Shown in pieces: positions 29,149-39,173 of a DNA stretch of 64,000 nucleotides. Made by a program: the position numbers and the translations under genes. The stretch is from an uncultured bacterium (GTDB lineage Bacteria; Verrucomicrobiota; Verrucomicrobiia; Verrucomicrobiales; DEV007), in the NCBI GenBank assembly GCA_963977015.1, contig CAXBMO010000028.1, positions 20,326 to 84,325 on the forward strand. The letters are read 5' to 3'. Position 1 is the stretch's first letter. Every line of letters begins with the position of its first letter. The notes beneath the pieces are model-generated. The model made no database searches, was not told the origin of the DNA, and was given only the letters and a program-made list of their open reading frames with translations.

Positions 29149-29511
29149 GTGTCACAGACAAGGTTGGACAATGACACTTTAGAGGGCCTCACGGTCACTC
29201 CGAAGGAAGAAACGGATCTCGACCTGCGATATGTCGTTCAATTGAGCGGCGAAGCGCTGGAAGGGGAATCTGTCGACCATTGGCTGCCGGTCGTTTCCTA
29301 TGAGGAACCGCTCGACGCCGTTCGCGGTTGCTCCAATTTCGTCAACACCCTCAAGAACGTGGTGGGAATCGGCGTTTTGGATGATTTACCCGTATTTACA
29401 CGGGTGTTGCGGGTCTTTGACGCCGAAGATGAGAAGATCGTGCTGTGGGAGGAGGACGGCTCACTGCACTTTGATCCCAATATGTTCGACTCCAGCACTG
29501 AGCGAAGCTGA
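29149..29511 (+). CDS. Acidic hypothetical protein inside the pdh operon
   Basis: 120-aa ORF filling the pdhB-pdhC gap on the same strand. Confidence 0.65.
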   Translation: MSQTRLDNDTLEGLTVTPKEETDLDLRYVVQLSGEALEGESVDHWLPVVSYEEPLDAVRGCSNFVNTLKNVVGIGVLDDLPVFTRVLRVFDAEDEKIVLWEEDGSLHFDPNMFDSSTERS

Positions 29512-29580
29512 AAAGCAGTTCGACGGCGGCCCCATTTCCGATTGCAAACCGGCGGAGACCGTCTTAACTCGCCCTGACCT

Positions 29581-30855
29581 ATGGCTACGTTTATCGAGAT
29601 GCCCAAACTGAGCGACACCATGACGGAAGGGACGCTCATCAAGTGGCACGTCAACGAGGGAGACACCATCTCCTCGGGCGACGTGCTGGCTGATATCGAG
29701 ACCGACAAGGCAACCATGGAGATGGAGGCGTTTGACGAAGGAATCCTCGGCAAACTCTACATTCAGGAAGGTGGCAAAGCACCGCTCGGAGCGATTTTGG
29801 CGGTTTTGGTGGATGACGGGGAAGAAGTTCCCGCTGAGCCTCCCGCTGCCAAGGTTAGCGCTCCTGCCCCGGAAGAGAAAAGTAGCCCATCCGGAGGTTC
29901 CCCCAAAAAGCCGGGCGCGAAAGCCGCTGCTTCCGCTTCCACCGTTCCCGTCGCGCAAAAGACTTCAAGCGGGCGCATCAAGGCATCGCCGCTTGCCCGG
30001 AAGATCGCCGCGAGCCGCGGAGTGGATTTGCAATACATCGCGGGATCCGGCCCTGGCGGACGAATCGTCAAAGCTGATGTCGAAGGCGCACCAACCGGCG
30101 GCGGATCAAACGGTTCAGCAGCTGCGGCGCCTCAAGCGATTCGGCCAACCATGGATTTCGATCCGGATGCCAAACGCATTCCGTTGACCGGCATGCGCAC
30201 GATCATTGCCGAGCGACTTTCAATTTCCAAGTCAACGATTCCGCACTTCTACCTCAATGTGGAATTGGATGCCGAGCCGCTCATGAAATTGCGGAAGCAG
30301 GTGAATGAAACGGCCGAGCAAACTGGCAACAAGTTCACCGTGAACGACTTCATTTTGAAGGCCACGGTCATGGCTGCGGTCGACGTTCCCGAAGCGAATG
30401 CCGCGTGGGACTTTGAAAGCATCATCCAGTATTCCAGCGTCAATCTGGCGGTCGCGATTGCGGTTCCGGATGGTTTGGTCACGCCCGTGATCAAAAACGC
30501 GCAATCCAAAACGATGCTGGAAATCAGCAAAGAGGTCAAAGACCTCGCGAATCGCGCGAAAAACAAGAAGCTCAGCCCTGAACAGTTTGCCGGTGGGACG
30601 CTCACGGTTTCGAACCTCGGTTCCTATGGAATCGACAACTTCGACGCCATCATCAATCCGCCGCAGTCGGTCATCCTCTCCATCGGATCGATCAGCAAGA
30701 AGCCGGTCGTCAATGACGCCGGTGAAATCGTTCCCGGTCTTCGCTTGATGGTCGGAATGAGCTGCGATCACCGCGTGGTCGACGGCGCCGTCGGCGCGAC
30801 CTACCTTCAGGCGTTCCGGAAGTACATCGAGAATCCGGCGCTGATGGTCGTCTAA
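29581..30855 (+). CDS. pdhC: Dihydrolipoamide acetyltransferase (E2)
   Basis: Lipoyl motif IETDKA, ASPLARK, GSGPGGRI and DHRVVDG. Confidence 0.96.
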   Translation: MATFIEMPKLSDTMTEGTLIKWHVNEGDTISSGDVLADIETDKATMEMEAFDEGILGKLYIQEGGKAPLGAILAVLVDDGEEVPAEPPAAKVSAPAPEEKSSPSGGSPKKPGAKAAASASTVPVAQKTSSGRIKASPLARKIAASRGVDLQYIAGSGPGGRIVKADVEGAPTGGGSNGSAAAAPQAIRPTMDFDPDAKRIPLTGMRTIIAERLSISKSTIPHFYLNVELDAEPLMKLRKQVNETAEQTGNKFTVNDFILKATVMAAVDVPEANAAWDFESIIQYSSVNLAVAIAVPDGLVTPVIKNAQSKTMLEISKEVKDLANRAKNKKLSPEQFAGGTLTVSNLGSYGIDNFDAIINPPQSVILSIGSISKKPVVNDAGEIVPGLRLMVGMSCDHRVVDGAVGATYLQAFRKYIENPALMVV

Positions 30856-30871
30856 AAACGAGGAAGCGCGC

Positions 30872-31285
30872 TTACTCGAAATTCTTCAAGATCACCCGTC
30901 CGCCGCTTTTCACGACGTGGGTGGCTTGGTTGGCCTCCGCGTTGACGGTGAATTGATCTTTGCGGTCCCAAGTAATGCGCTTGGCATTGGTGGGAATCCG
31001 GGGCTTCGTTGGCGCGACGGTTGCCCGGCGCTTGTAGCTGCGGGTTCGCTTGGAGCGGGAAAACAACTTGGGAGCAACCGGGTCAATGACGACCTTCAGT
31101 TCGCCTTCCGGCATGGATCCCTTCACATTGAGCGAAGCCGGATCCACACGACGACCAAAGAGATCGAACAATCCACCTCCTCCTTCATCTTCAGGGAGAG
31201 CAGCAAAAACGGGGTTCATTCCGACGACAAGTCCGCAAAGGACCGTGAGGTGTCGGCACATCTTGGGGAGTAGGGGCCTATTCAC
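30872..31285 (-). CDS. Hypothetical exported protein
   Basis: Signal-peptide-like N-terminus; fills the gap downstream of the DHDPS-family gene. Confidence 0.55.
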   Translation of the reverse strand: MNRPLLPKMCRHLTVLCGLVVGMNPVFAALPEDEGGGGLFDLFGRRVDPASLNVKGSMPEGELKVVIDPVAPKLFSRSKRTRSYKRRATVAPTKPRIPTNAKRITWDRKDQFTVNAEANQATHVVKSGGRVILKNFE

Positions 31286-31344
31286 GCAACGGTTAGTCTC
31301 TCACAAATGGAGTCTAACCGTCAATCCTGGAACGCTTCGCCGAC

Positions 31345-32256
31345 CTAGTTTTCTGCAAACAACGTCTGTGCGGCCTCGCGAACGCGACTGCGATCCGCCT
31401 CTTCGACATCGCTCAAAAGCGGCAACATCGGACCAACGTCTGAAATTCCCGCGTAGGTCACGGCATCGTGCAAAACACGAATCGGGTTGATCTCATTCCG
31501 TAGATCTTCGAGTCGCTTGAAAATTCCGCGCGTTTCCTCTGCGGCGGTGTAATCGCCGTTCTTGATCTGCTTCAACATCGTCATCGACAACCGCGGAGCC
31601 AGGCAAACGCAGCCGGAGGTGAATCCGCCAACCCCGAAGTCCCGCAGATGAACAATGGCAGGCTGCTCGCCGATTCCGCTGACTACGATATTGGGATCCA
31701 CTTTGTCGACCAGCTCGCTGAGCACGGCGTCTTCCGATGGATTGTCACGCACGATCGCGTATTTGATCCAGGACACCAGTCCGTCGTCGACCAGTTCCTT
31801 GGTTTGATCCACGGTCAAATATCCCTCGTTCTTCAAATAGACGACAACCGGCTTTTCAACCGCTTCAGCAAAGTGGCGGATTCCACGCTGAACCCCTTCT
31901 TCAGTGGTTAGACCAACCTGCGGGAGAATCATCACGGTTGGGTAGTCGCTTCCCCGCAACATTTCCGCCTGATCCATCATCACGCCATACGAAGGTCCCA
32001 CGGCGGGAACAACGGTCGTCCCGGCACTGCTGATCTCCTCCAGCATTTCCAACAACGCCAAGTATTCGCTCGGCTTGATGTGGTAGAGATTGGCGTTTCC
32101 ACCATACAGAAGCGTGGTTACGCCACCTGCTTCCAGGTGTTTCACCAAACGCAGGTTCTGGGCTTTGCTAAGGGAATAATCCTCGTCACGAGCCAGAGGC
32201 GGAACGGCAATAACCGAGCTGGCGAGGAGTTCAGGCGTAATGGGCTGGGTGTTCAT
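31345..32256 (-). CDS. Dihydrodipicolinate synthase-family aldolase/dehydratase
   Basis: SVIAVPPL, LLYGGNANLY, Schiff-base Lys in WIKYA and GFTSG. Confidence 0.85.
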   Translation of the reverse strand: MNTQPITPELLASSVIAVPPLARDEDYSLSKAQNLRLVKHLEAGGVTTLLYGGNANLYHIKPSEYLALLEMLEEISSAGTTVVPAVGPSYGVMMDQAEMLRGSDYPTVMILPQVGLTTEEGVQRGIRHFAEAVEKPVVVYLKNEGYLTVDQTKELVDDGLVSWIKYAIVRDNPSEDAVLSELVDKVDPNIVVSGIGEQPAIVHLRDFGVGGFTSGCVCLAPRLSMTMLKQIKNGDYTAAEETRGIFKRLEDLRNEINPIRVLHDAVTYAGISDVGPMLPLLSDVEEADRSRVREAAQTLFAEN

Positions 32257-32456
32257 TCCTGAGATGATCTTTGAGCCATATCGCTACCCCGATTTCGCAG
32301 GGATCGAAAGCGGAATTCGCCACTTTGAGACAGGCTTTTGCGGGAAATCCCACACTTTTCGAAATTTTGAGAGAATTTTCTTTTGCGCAACCACCTAAGC
32401 CGCTAAAAGGGTGAATTCGATTCAAAAACCCATAAACACTGAGTCATACAGGACCC

Positions 32457-32897
32457 ATGAAACACAACCGTACTTCTACAATCAGCACAATTATTGTCGC
32501 TATCGCAGTAGCCTTCAGCGCTACCTCTTCCTTCGCCATCGGCGGTGCCTGCTCCGAATGCACGGGCGGCCCCAAAACGACCGACTGGACCGGTTGGTAC
32601 ACCATCAAGACCGTCTGTGGTGTAAAACTTCAGGCTCGTTACTACATGAAGTACTACCGTTTCGGGACGCGGACCGAGTCCAACATCCAGTATCGCTACT
32701 GCAACCACTCCTCCAATGACATGACCGCTGATCTGAGCAATGTCATCCTTACCACCGTCAACGGTCAGGTCTTCAATGTGGGTGGCGAATCCGTTCTCGT
32801 TCCCGCCGGCAGCGCCGTGGAAGGTCAGGTCTTCACGATCAACACCGTGGCTCCAGACAAGCTCTGCACACACGCCGAAACGTTGCACGTTCGCTAA
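32457..32897 (+). CDS. Secreted Cys-containing hypothetical protein
   Basis: Clear signal peptide (SSFA); CSEC plus three further Cys; has its own terminator. Confidence 0.7.
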   Translation: MKHNRTSTISTIIVAIAVAFSATSSFAIGGACSECTGGPKTTDWTGWYTIKTVCGVKLQARYYMKYYRFGTRTESNIQYRYCNHSSNDMTADLSNVILTTVNGQVFNVGGESVLVPAGSAVEGQVFTINTVAPDKLCTHAETLHVR

Positions 32898-32926
32898 GCG
32901 AACCTTTCAAAAACCATCAATTTGGA

Positions 32927-32959
32927 GCGAGTCCACCGGCAACGGTGGGCTCGTTTTTT
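32927..32959 (+). terminator. Rho-independent terminator
   Basis: GCGAGTCCACCG-GCAA-CGGTGGGCTCGT followed by a T run. Confidence 0.85.
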
Positions 32960-32978
32960 GTTTGCGGGCTGAGCGCGT

Positions 32979-33635
32979 TTACAGTTCCCGTCCCGCAATC
33001 TGGCCAAGCATTTCCAGCTCCGGCGCCAAAACTTCGCGCGCGGGTTTCCCACATGGCGCGATGCGTCCACAGTGCGTTTGGCTGACGAAACCCGGGTAGC
33101 CGGGAAGGTTCTGCGGATCGGATTCGCGATTGTGCAGCGTCAAAACCGGCGTCCCGGATTGCGATTGGTCGATCGAAAGCGGATGCATCCAGCAGGTGAA
33201 GGGCTTGAAGTGCCACGGGTGAAGATTCTGGGATTCGGCAAGCCGCTGCAGTGCGCACCGACCGTCATCGGCCAGAAACACACAGTTGGTTTGGGCAAAA
33301 TGCGCCGGGTAATCCGATACCCGTTCGGCCATCGCCACGGGCTTGGTCGCGGTTTTGGGGCCTGAAGTCGTCTCCGACTTTCCGTAGACAATCGGGCGCT
33401 CCGGCAACTCCACTCCAAATCGTTCGAACTCGGACGCGTGGTCCACGACGAGCCCCCGAAGGATTCGCGCCTCGTCGGAATTCAGGTAAACGCCGTCGTG
33501 ACAGCAGGTTCCGCCGCAACGGGCAAGGTCACAACGCGCGATCGGTTGGGAAAGTGCCTCCTCATCGATCTCCATCTCGCGGACGAGGCCACGCACATGC
33601 TCTGCCGTTTCGCCAAAAGCAGTCGTCGCCTTCAT
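32979..33635 (-). CDS. DUF3109-like Cys-rich (Fe-S or Zn binding) protein
   Basis: CDLARCGGTCCHDG, CVFL..GRCALQ and KPFTCWMHP. Confidence 0.75.
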   Translation of the reverse strand: MKATTAFGETAEHVRGLVREMEIDEEALSQPIARCDLARCGGTCCHDGVYLNSDEARILRGLVVDHASEFERFGVELPERPIVYGKSETTSGPKTATKPVAMAERVSDYPAHFAQTNCVFLADDGRCALQRLAESQNLHPWHFKPFTCWMHPLSIDQSQSGTPVLTLHNRESDPQNLPGYPGFVSQTHCGRIAPCGKPAREVLAPELEMLGQIAGREL

Positions 33636-33636
33636 C

Positions 33637-34602
33637 TCAGCTTCGCAGCCGCAACACCGGATCCAGAACCGGCAGCGCCCCCGAATCGACTGCCACGGCC
33701 CGCAAATTCGCCACCGCTGGTGAAATATGCTCTAGAAATGCGGTCTTTTTCTTCACCAATCCAAGGAAACCGTAGGCGCCGAGCGCCTGCATAAGCCGCT
33801 GACAGGCGCATTTGTAAAACTGCGACCGAAAATTCGGCGTCGTGCTCCGTGTTTCTGCAAACGCGATCAAATCCTCGCGTTCTTCCGGCTTCATCGGGAC
33901 GTAGGGATCAAAAATCAGCGAAGCAAGATCATATTCGGCGAGACCAAACCGCAATCCCTGATAGTCGATAAACACCGGGTTGCCGTTCTGGATGAGAACG
34001 TTCTGGCTCTGGAAATCGCGGTGAATCAGGCAGCGCGGAGGCAAGACCAATTCCTGCTTGAGAGCGGCGAGATGGGGACTGGCCCGAATCTCCGCGACTT
34101 GATCCGGCGCCACATCACTGAAATTCGCGACGAAATTCTCGAAAAAGTAGTCCTGCTCCCAACTGTACATCCCTTCGTTGAACTCCGGGCCCAGTACCGG
34201 CAAATTCGTGGCGCAGCTTTCGCTCAACGCATGGATTCGACTGACCATTTCGAGCGTCTTCTCATACAATTTGCGTCGAACGGGCCACGCTTCATTGCGA
34301 AACGACCACAAATCCAATTCGCCAAGATCCTCGATCCAAAGGCGGCGATTTCCCGGGTCACGCGCCAGGATGGTGGGCACCGCCACGTTGTTTTCGGCGA
34401 GGTAATCCGTGTGTTGGGCGAACCGCGAATTTTCCGGAGTTTCCGACCCATACTGACAAAAAATGAGCGATCGATCGCCCGTTTTCATGCGAAAATAGCG
34501 CCGGTCCGAGCCTCCCTTGGCAATTTCGGAAACGGAAACCGCATCTCCATTCAGATTCGGGATTTGCTGACGGGTCAGCGTGATAATGGTGTCGATTTCC
34601 AT
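33637..34602 (-). CDS. amgK: Aminoglycoside-phosphotransferase-family kinase, AmgK-like
   Basis: GGSDRRYFR, EDLG, HRDFQSQN, IDYQG and YDLASL; next to a murU-like gene. Confidence 0.8.
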   Translation of the reverse strand: MEIDTIITLTRQQIPNLNGDAVSVSEIAKGGSDRRYFRMKTGDRSLIFCQYGSETPENSRFAQHTDYLAENNVAVPTILARDPGNRRLWIEDLGELDLWSFRNEAWPVRRKLYEKTLEMVSRIHALSESCATNLPVLGPEFNEGMYSWEQDYFFENFVANFSDVAPDQVAEIRASPHLAALKQELVLPPRCLIHRDFQSQNVLIQNGNPVFIDYQGLRFGLAEYDLASLIFDPYVPMKPEEREDLIAFAETRSTTPNFRSQFYKCACQRLMQALGAYGFLGLVKKKTAFLEHISPAVANLRAVAVDSGALPVLDPVLRLRS

Positions 34603-34648
34603 AAGGTGCGTAGCGTGGAAACGCGATTCTACGCCCTACGGCCGGTTT

Positions 34649-35596
34649 TCACAAATCCTCGCGCTGATAGCTTCCCAAAACGGGATTTTTCACGCCGGTC
34701 GCAATGCAATGTTCGAGTCTGGAGCCCGCTGCGATTCTGGTGCCCGGCCAGAGAATGGACTTCCGCAACACGACGCCGGCACCGATGACACAGCCCTCGC
34801 CCACGATGCTGAACTCGTCGATTTCCGAATCGGGATTGATCCGCGAATTCTTATGAATTCTCACGGGTGGAACCTCCATCTCAAACGACGGAAAATCGTG
34901 CGCCAGGGTCACGAAATTGGCTTCGACATACGCCTCCCGATCTCCCAAATCCCACCAATAACCTTCGTCGATGACGATTCCCCCCAGCCGGTTGTGGTCG
35001 CGGATCGCGGTCAGAAACGCAGGAACGACGGATTGCGGATTCGGCTGCAGAAATCCAAGGAATTCGGGATCGACGATGTAAATGCCGGTGAACTGGTAAA
35101 GATCGCTGGAATCGCTGTTGAGCGCGTTGCGCAAATCCACCATTTTCCCGGTTTTGGGATCCAACGCCGCGTTCCGGTTTGGTCCTCCGGATCGAAGAAT
35201 CAGCGTCGCCAGATTTCCGGACTCTCGATGCGCGTCCATCGCCTTCTGGATCGGCAAATCCGTCAAAATATCGCCATTGTAGACCACAAAATGATCGTCA
35301 CGAAAATGGCTCCCGGCATTGGCCAACCCGCCGCCGGTATCGAGAATTTCCGGCGTTTCGTGGACAAAATGAATCGGAGACTCGGCGTATCGGCCTTCGG
35401 GAAACGCGGTTTTGTAGGCTTTGGCCAAATGATGCGTGTTCACGACGAACTCCTCCACCCCGGCACTTCGAAGCAAATCGAACGCATAGGTCAGGAGCGG
35501 CTTGTTGGCGACGGGAATCAGCGGCTTGGGCAACACCTCGGTGAGAGGTCGCAGTCGAGTCCCGAATCCAGCGCCGAGGACGAAGGCCTTTTTCAC
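34649..35596 (-). CDS. murU: Nucleotidyltransferase, MurU-like
   Basis: AFVLGAGFGTRLRPLT..PKPL, ILDTGGG and YNGD. Confidence 0.75.
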   Translation of the reverse strand: MKKAFVLGAGFGTRLRPLTEVLPKPLIPVANKPLLTYAFDLLRSAGVEEFVVNTHHLAKAYKTAFPEGRYAESPIHFVHETPEILDTGGGLANAGSHFRDDHFVVYNGDILTDLPIQKAMDAHRESGNLATLILRSGGPNRNAALDPKTGKMVDLRNALNSDSSDLYQFTGIYIVDPEFLGFLQPNPQSVVPAFLTAIRDHNRLGGIVIDEGYWWDLGDREAYVEANFVTLAHDFPSFEMEVPPVRIHKNSRINPDSEIDEFSIVGEGCVIGAGVVLRKSILWPGTRIAAGSRLEHCIATGVKNPVLGSYQREDL

Positions 35597-35753
35597 GGGC
35601 CATTCTCTAGGCTCAGGTCTCCCGACTCGCAAGCGGCTTGTGAGGGTTAAACGAAGCACCTTTTTCACAAAAAACTTTTCCGTCCATCAAATGGAAGAGC
35701 GGTTGAAAACGTCTCTAACCGACTCCCTATTGCCTGCCCCTCACATCCCCCTA

Positions 35754-36389
35754 ATGAGCGAAATCACCCTACCCGATCGTTTCCCCACCTTTCTCATCTT
35801 TGGCGCCCCCGGCTGCGGCAAAGGCACCCAGGGCGCCATCATCGCACAAATCCCGCGATTTCATTACTTTTCGTGTGGCGATGCCTTTCGCTCGTTGGAT
35901 ACGCGATCGCCCATCGGGAAGAAGTTCGTGCAGCATTCGATGCGAGGCGAGTTGGTGCCGGATGAGCTGACCATCGAACTTTGGAAAGACCAGATCGACA
36001 AGCAAATCGCCGCTTCCACCTTCAAACCCGACATCGACTTTCTCTGGCTTGACGGCATTCCGCGCAACGTGGAACAGGCCAAGCTGTTGGAATCCTTCAT
36101 CGAAGTGGAAACCATCATTCATCTTTCCTGCCCGGATCGGGATGAATTGGCCCGCCGGATTCGTAAACGGGCCCTCAAGCAGAACCGAATCGATGACGCC
36201 AACGAGGAAATCATCCGGGCGCGATTCAAGACTTACGAAGACGAATCGAAACCGATTCTCGACTATTACGGACCGGAACGGACCAAGAACATCGATGCCT
36301 CTCAACCTCCCGTTCGCGTTCTCGCCGATATTCTCGACGTGATCATGAAGACGGATCAATGGCGCGAGCTCTCCAAAACCGTGGTCTAA
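35754..36389 (+). CDS. adk: Adenylate kinase family protein
   Basis: GAPGCGKGTQ, GELVPD, LDGIPRNVEQA and RIDDA. Confidence 0.88.
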   Translation: MSEITLPDRFPTFLIFGAPGCGKGTQGAIIAQIPRFHYFSCGDAFRSLDTRSPIGKKFVQHSMRGELVPDELTIELWKDQIDKQIAASTFKPDIDFLWLDGIPRNVEQAKLLESFIEVETIIHLSCPDRDELARRIRKRALKQNRIDDANEEIIRARFKTYEDESKPILDYYGPERTKNIDASQPPVRVLADILDVIMKTDQWRELSKTVV

Positions 36390-36410
36390 ACTCAACCAAC
36401 CAACAAGCCG

Positions 36411-37355
36411 ATGATAAACGTCGTTTTTATGGGAACTGGAGATATCGGCCTGCCCTCGCTGCGCTGGCTGATTGAGAATGACGCCACCAACGTCGTTGGA
36501 GTTTTTACCCAACCCGATCGCCCATTTGGCCGCAAGTTGGTGATGACACCGCCGGAGGTCAAAACCGTGGCGCAAGCAGCGGGCATCCCCGTTTTTCAGC
36601 CGGAGAAATTGCGAGACTCCAGTGCGCTGACCCAGCTTCGGGAGCTGAAGCCGGATTTGATCGTGGTCATGGCTTACGGCCAGATCCTCAAACGGGCCGT
36701 CATCGACCTTCCGACGATCGCCTGCATCAATCTTCACGCCTCCATCTTGCCACGCCATCGCGGTGCTTCGCCCATTCAAGGCGCGATCCGCGCCGGAGAC
36801 CGCGAATCCGGCGTTACCGTGATGTATGTCGACGTCGGGCTCGATACCGGCGATATCCTCCTGAGCGAGACCTGCGAACTCACGGTTCATGAGACCGGAG
36901 GTTCGCTTCACGACCGGTTGGCGGAAATTGCGCCAGTCGCCTTGTCCAAAGCGGTTCCCCTGCTCGTCGAAGGCTCGGCACCGCGCACCAAACAAGACGA
37001 AACCGAAGTCACCTACATCGGAAAACTCAATCGCGACCACGGCAAACTCGACTTCACCGCATCCGCGACCGAGTTGGAGCGGCTGATTCGAGCTTACCAT
37101 CCGTGGCCAGGCACCTACGCCTTGCTCAACCATCAGAAACTGAAGATTTTCCCGCAAACCGAGGTGGTTCCCGCCCTGCCGGAGTTTCAACCGGGAATGA
37201 TTCAGGAAGCGGAGGGAGATCGACTCGTCATCACCTGTGGCAAAGGCGCGTTGGCGCTTCACCAGGTGCAACAGGAGGGACGAAAGCGTCTCGATGTGAA
37301 ATCCTTCCTCGCCGGTCACGGTGATCAGCTCAATCCTGGAGTTTTGCTGGGTTGA
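36411..37355 (+). CDS. fmt: Methionyl-tRNA formyltransferase
   Basis: VFMGT, TQPDRP, AYGQIL, NLHASILPRHRGASPIQ and GLDTGD. Confidence 0.96.
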   Translation: MINVVFMGTGDIGLPSLRWLIENDATNVVGVFTQPDRPFGRKLVMTPPEVKTVAQAAGIPVFQPEKLRDSSALTQLRELKPDLIVVMAYGQILKRAVIDLPTIACINLHASILPRHRGASPIQGAIRAGDRESGVTVMYVDVGLDTGDILLSETCELTVHETGGSLHDRLAEIAPVALSKAVPLLVEGSAPRTKQDETEVTYIGKLNRDHGKLDFTASATELERLIRAYHPWPGTYALLNHQKLKIFPQTEVVPALPEFQPGMIQEAEGDRLVITCGKGALALHQVQQEGRKRLDVKSFLAGHGDQLNPGVLLG

Positions 37356-38260
37356 TCGCCTCCCATCCGCTTCGGGACTACGCCAAGCTACACTTCATCA
37401 TTCTTCTCTGGGGCATCACCGCGATCCTCGGAAAGATGATCGATTTGCCGTCGATCGAGCTCGTCTTGCTTCGAACCGGGCTCACCGCCATCGGCCTTGC
37501 CTTCTTGCTGCGCATCAAGGGAATCTCCCTAACTTTGGAGCTGAGTTCCGCCCTGAAGTTCATCGGGATTGGCTTCCTCATCGGCGTTCACTGGATTCTC
37601 TTTTTCCTCTCCGCCAAGATCTCCCACGTTTCCGTTTGTCTCGTCGCGCTCGCCACCACCGCGTTCTGGACCGCGTTGCTCGAGCCTCTGATGACGCGCG
37701 GTCGCAGCATTCGTGGTTATGAGCTGCTTCTCGGCTTGATCATGATCGGGGCGATCGCCTGGATCTTCCAGGGCGGCTTTCAGCACATCACCGGCTTCCT
37801 CGTCGGGATCGGCTCCGCGCTGGCCGGAACCGTTTTCTCGATCCTGAACGGCCGTTATGCGCCCAGGCATCATCACTGGGTCATCACGTTTTATGAGATG
37901 TCCGGCGCGGCCCTGTTCTGCCTGCTTTGCCTGCCACTCTCAGCCACGTATTTCACGAACGGCGGCGGCCTCGATCTCGTCCCCTCCCCGATGGAGTGGG
38001 TGTGGCTCCTCATCCTCGTCTTCGCCTGCACCATCTACGCCTACTCGGAATACGTGGAGCTTCTCAATCGACTCTCGGTGTTTACCATCAACCTCGCCTA
38101 CAACCTCGAACCGGTTTACGGCATTCTCCTCGCCGCCATTCTCTTTGCCGAGCACAAGGACCTGGGGAGCCGTTTCTATCTCGGCGCGGTCATCATCCTT
38201 GCCATGGTCATCGCGCATCCGCTTCTCGAACGAGCTTCGCGACAACGCTCCCTAGCCTAG
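37352..38260 (+). CDS. EamA/DMT-family transporter
   Basis: About 10 TM segments; HWILFF and NLEPVYGI. Confidence 0.88.
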   Translation: MIASHPLRDYAKLHFIILLWGITAILGKMIDLPSIELVLLRTGLTAIGLAFLLRIKGISLTLELSSALKFIGIGFLIGVHWILFFLSAKISHVSVCLVALATTAFWTALLEPLMTRGRSIRGYELLLGLIMIGAIAWIFQGGFQHITGFLVGIGSALAGTVFSILNGRYAPRHHHWVITFYEMSGAALFCLLCLPLSATYFTNGGGLDLVPSPMEWVWLLILVFACTIYAYSEYVELLNRLSVFTINLAYNLEPVYGILLAAILFAEHKDLGSRFYLGAVIILAMVIAHPLLERASRQRSLA

Positions 38261-39120
38261 CCTGACGGAAGCAGCAGCGCGACCAGCCAGGGCGTCAAAA
38301 GGCACCAATCCGCGATCGCCCGCACCGAATCCGGCGAAACCCGGTTTGCGAGTCGATGCAAAATCACCAGGCTGGCGAAGGCGAGGCCCAGCGAAAGGTA
38401 AAACCGGGAATCGTGGCCAAGAACGATCATCACCGCAGAACCCAGGACACCGATCATCCCGAAAATCGGCAACTGGTGATGCATCTGCTTCCACCACCGC
38501 GAGGCTCCCCCGGGATCGTTGGCCCGGTCGATTTCCCGGTCCCGGGCTGCGATCACAAAACAGTTCAGCATCACAACGAGGGCAATGCCGGTCAACAGCG
38601 GCCACAACCCGGCTTGATTGCCCAGTGCCGCCCAAATTCCCAGGGCGGAAAACAACCCGATGCCGACTTCCTTGCCGGGAAGCTTCTCCCGGAAGAACAC
38701 CGGAATCACGAAAATCAGCCCGTATCCCAAAACCCCGATCGCGACCCACAACCCGCGGATTGCGGTCTCCGAAACCGCCCCCAAAATGAGCAAACCAGCC
38801 AGCAGAACACCATTCAACGCCAACAGGACCATCAAGAGCGGTTGGAACCGGCGGCCAAACTCCAACCTCCCATTCACGCAACTCCAGTCGCGACAACGCG
38901 CCACATCAATCAAGCGATCCGCCAGGTAAACCGACCAACACGCCAGAAACTGCGCCGCATAAACTTCCCAACGCAGCCTTTGCTCAAGAACCTGGGAAAC
39001 GGCCCACGTCCACGTCGCGACCACAAAGGGCGAATCCAGCCCAAACCAGCTGGGAATCCACCACCAACGAAGATTGGGCCTCAAAACCGCCTCAGAAGTT
39101 GCCGAAGCTCGATCCGCCAT
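38257..39120 (-). CDS. Membrane protein, UbiA-prenyltransferase-like
   Basis: YLADRLID, PGKE and DREID motifs in a multi-TM protein. Confidence 0.55.
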   Translation of the reverse strand: MADRASATSEAVLRPNLRWWWIPSWFGLDSPFVVATWTWAVSQVLEQRLRWEVYAAQFLACWSVYLADRLIDVARCRDWSCVNGRLEFGRRFQPLLMVLLALNGVLLAGLLILGAVSETAIRGLWVAIGVLGYGLIFVIPVFFREKLPGKEVGIGLFSALGIWAALGNQAGLWPLLTGIALVVMLNCFVIAARDREIDRANDPGGASRWWKQMHHQLPIFGMIGVLGSAVMIVLGHDSRFYLSLGLAFASLVILHRLANRVSPDSVRAIADWCLLTPWLVALLLPSG

Positions 39121-39173
39121 GGTTTTTTCACTTTGTGCTGGCGAGGAGCCTGCGTTCGATCAATTCTAAATTC

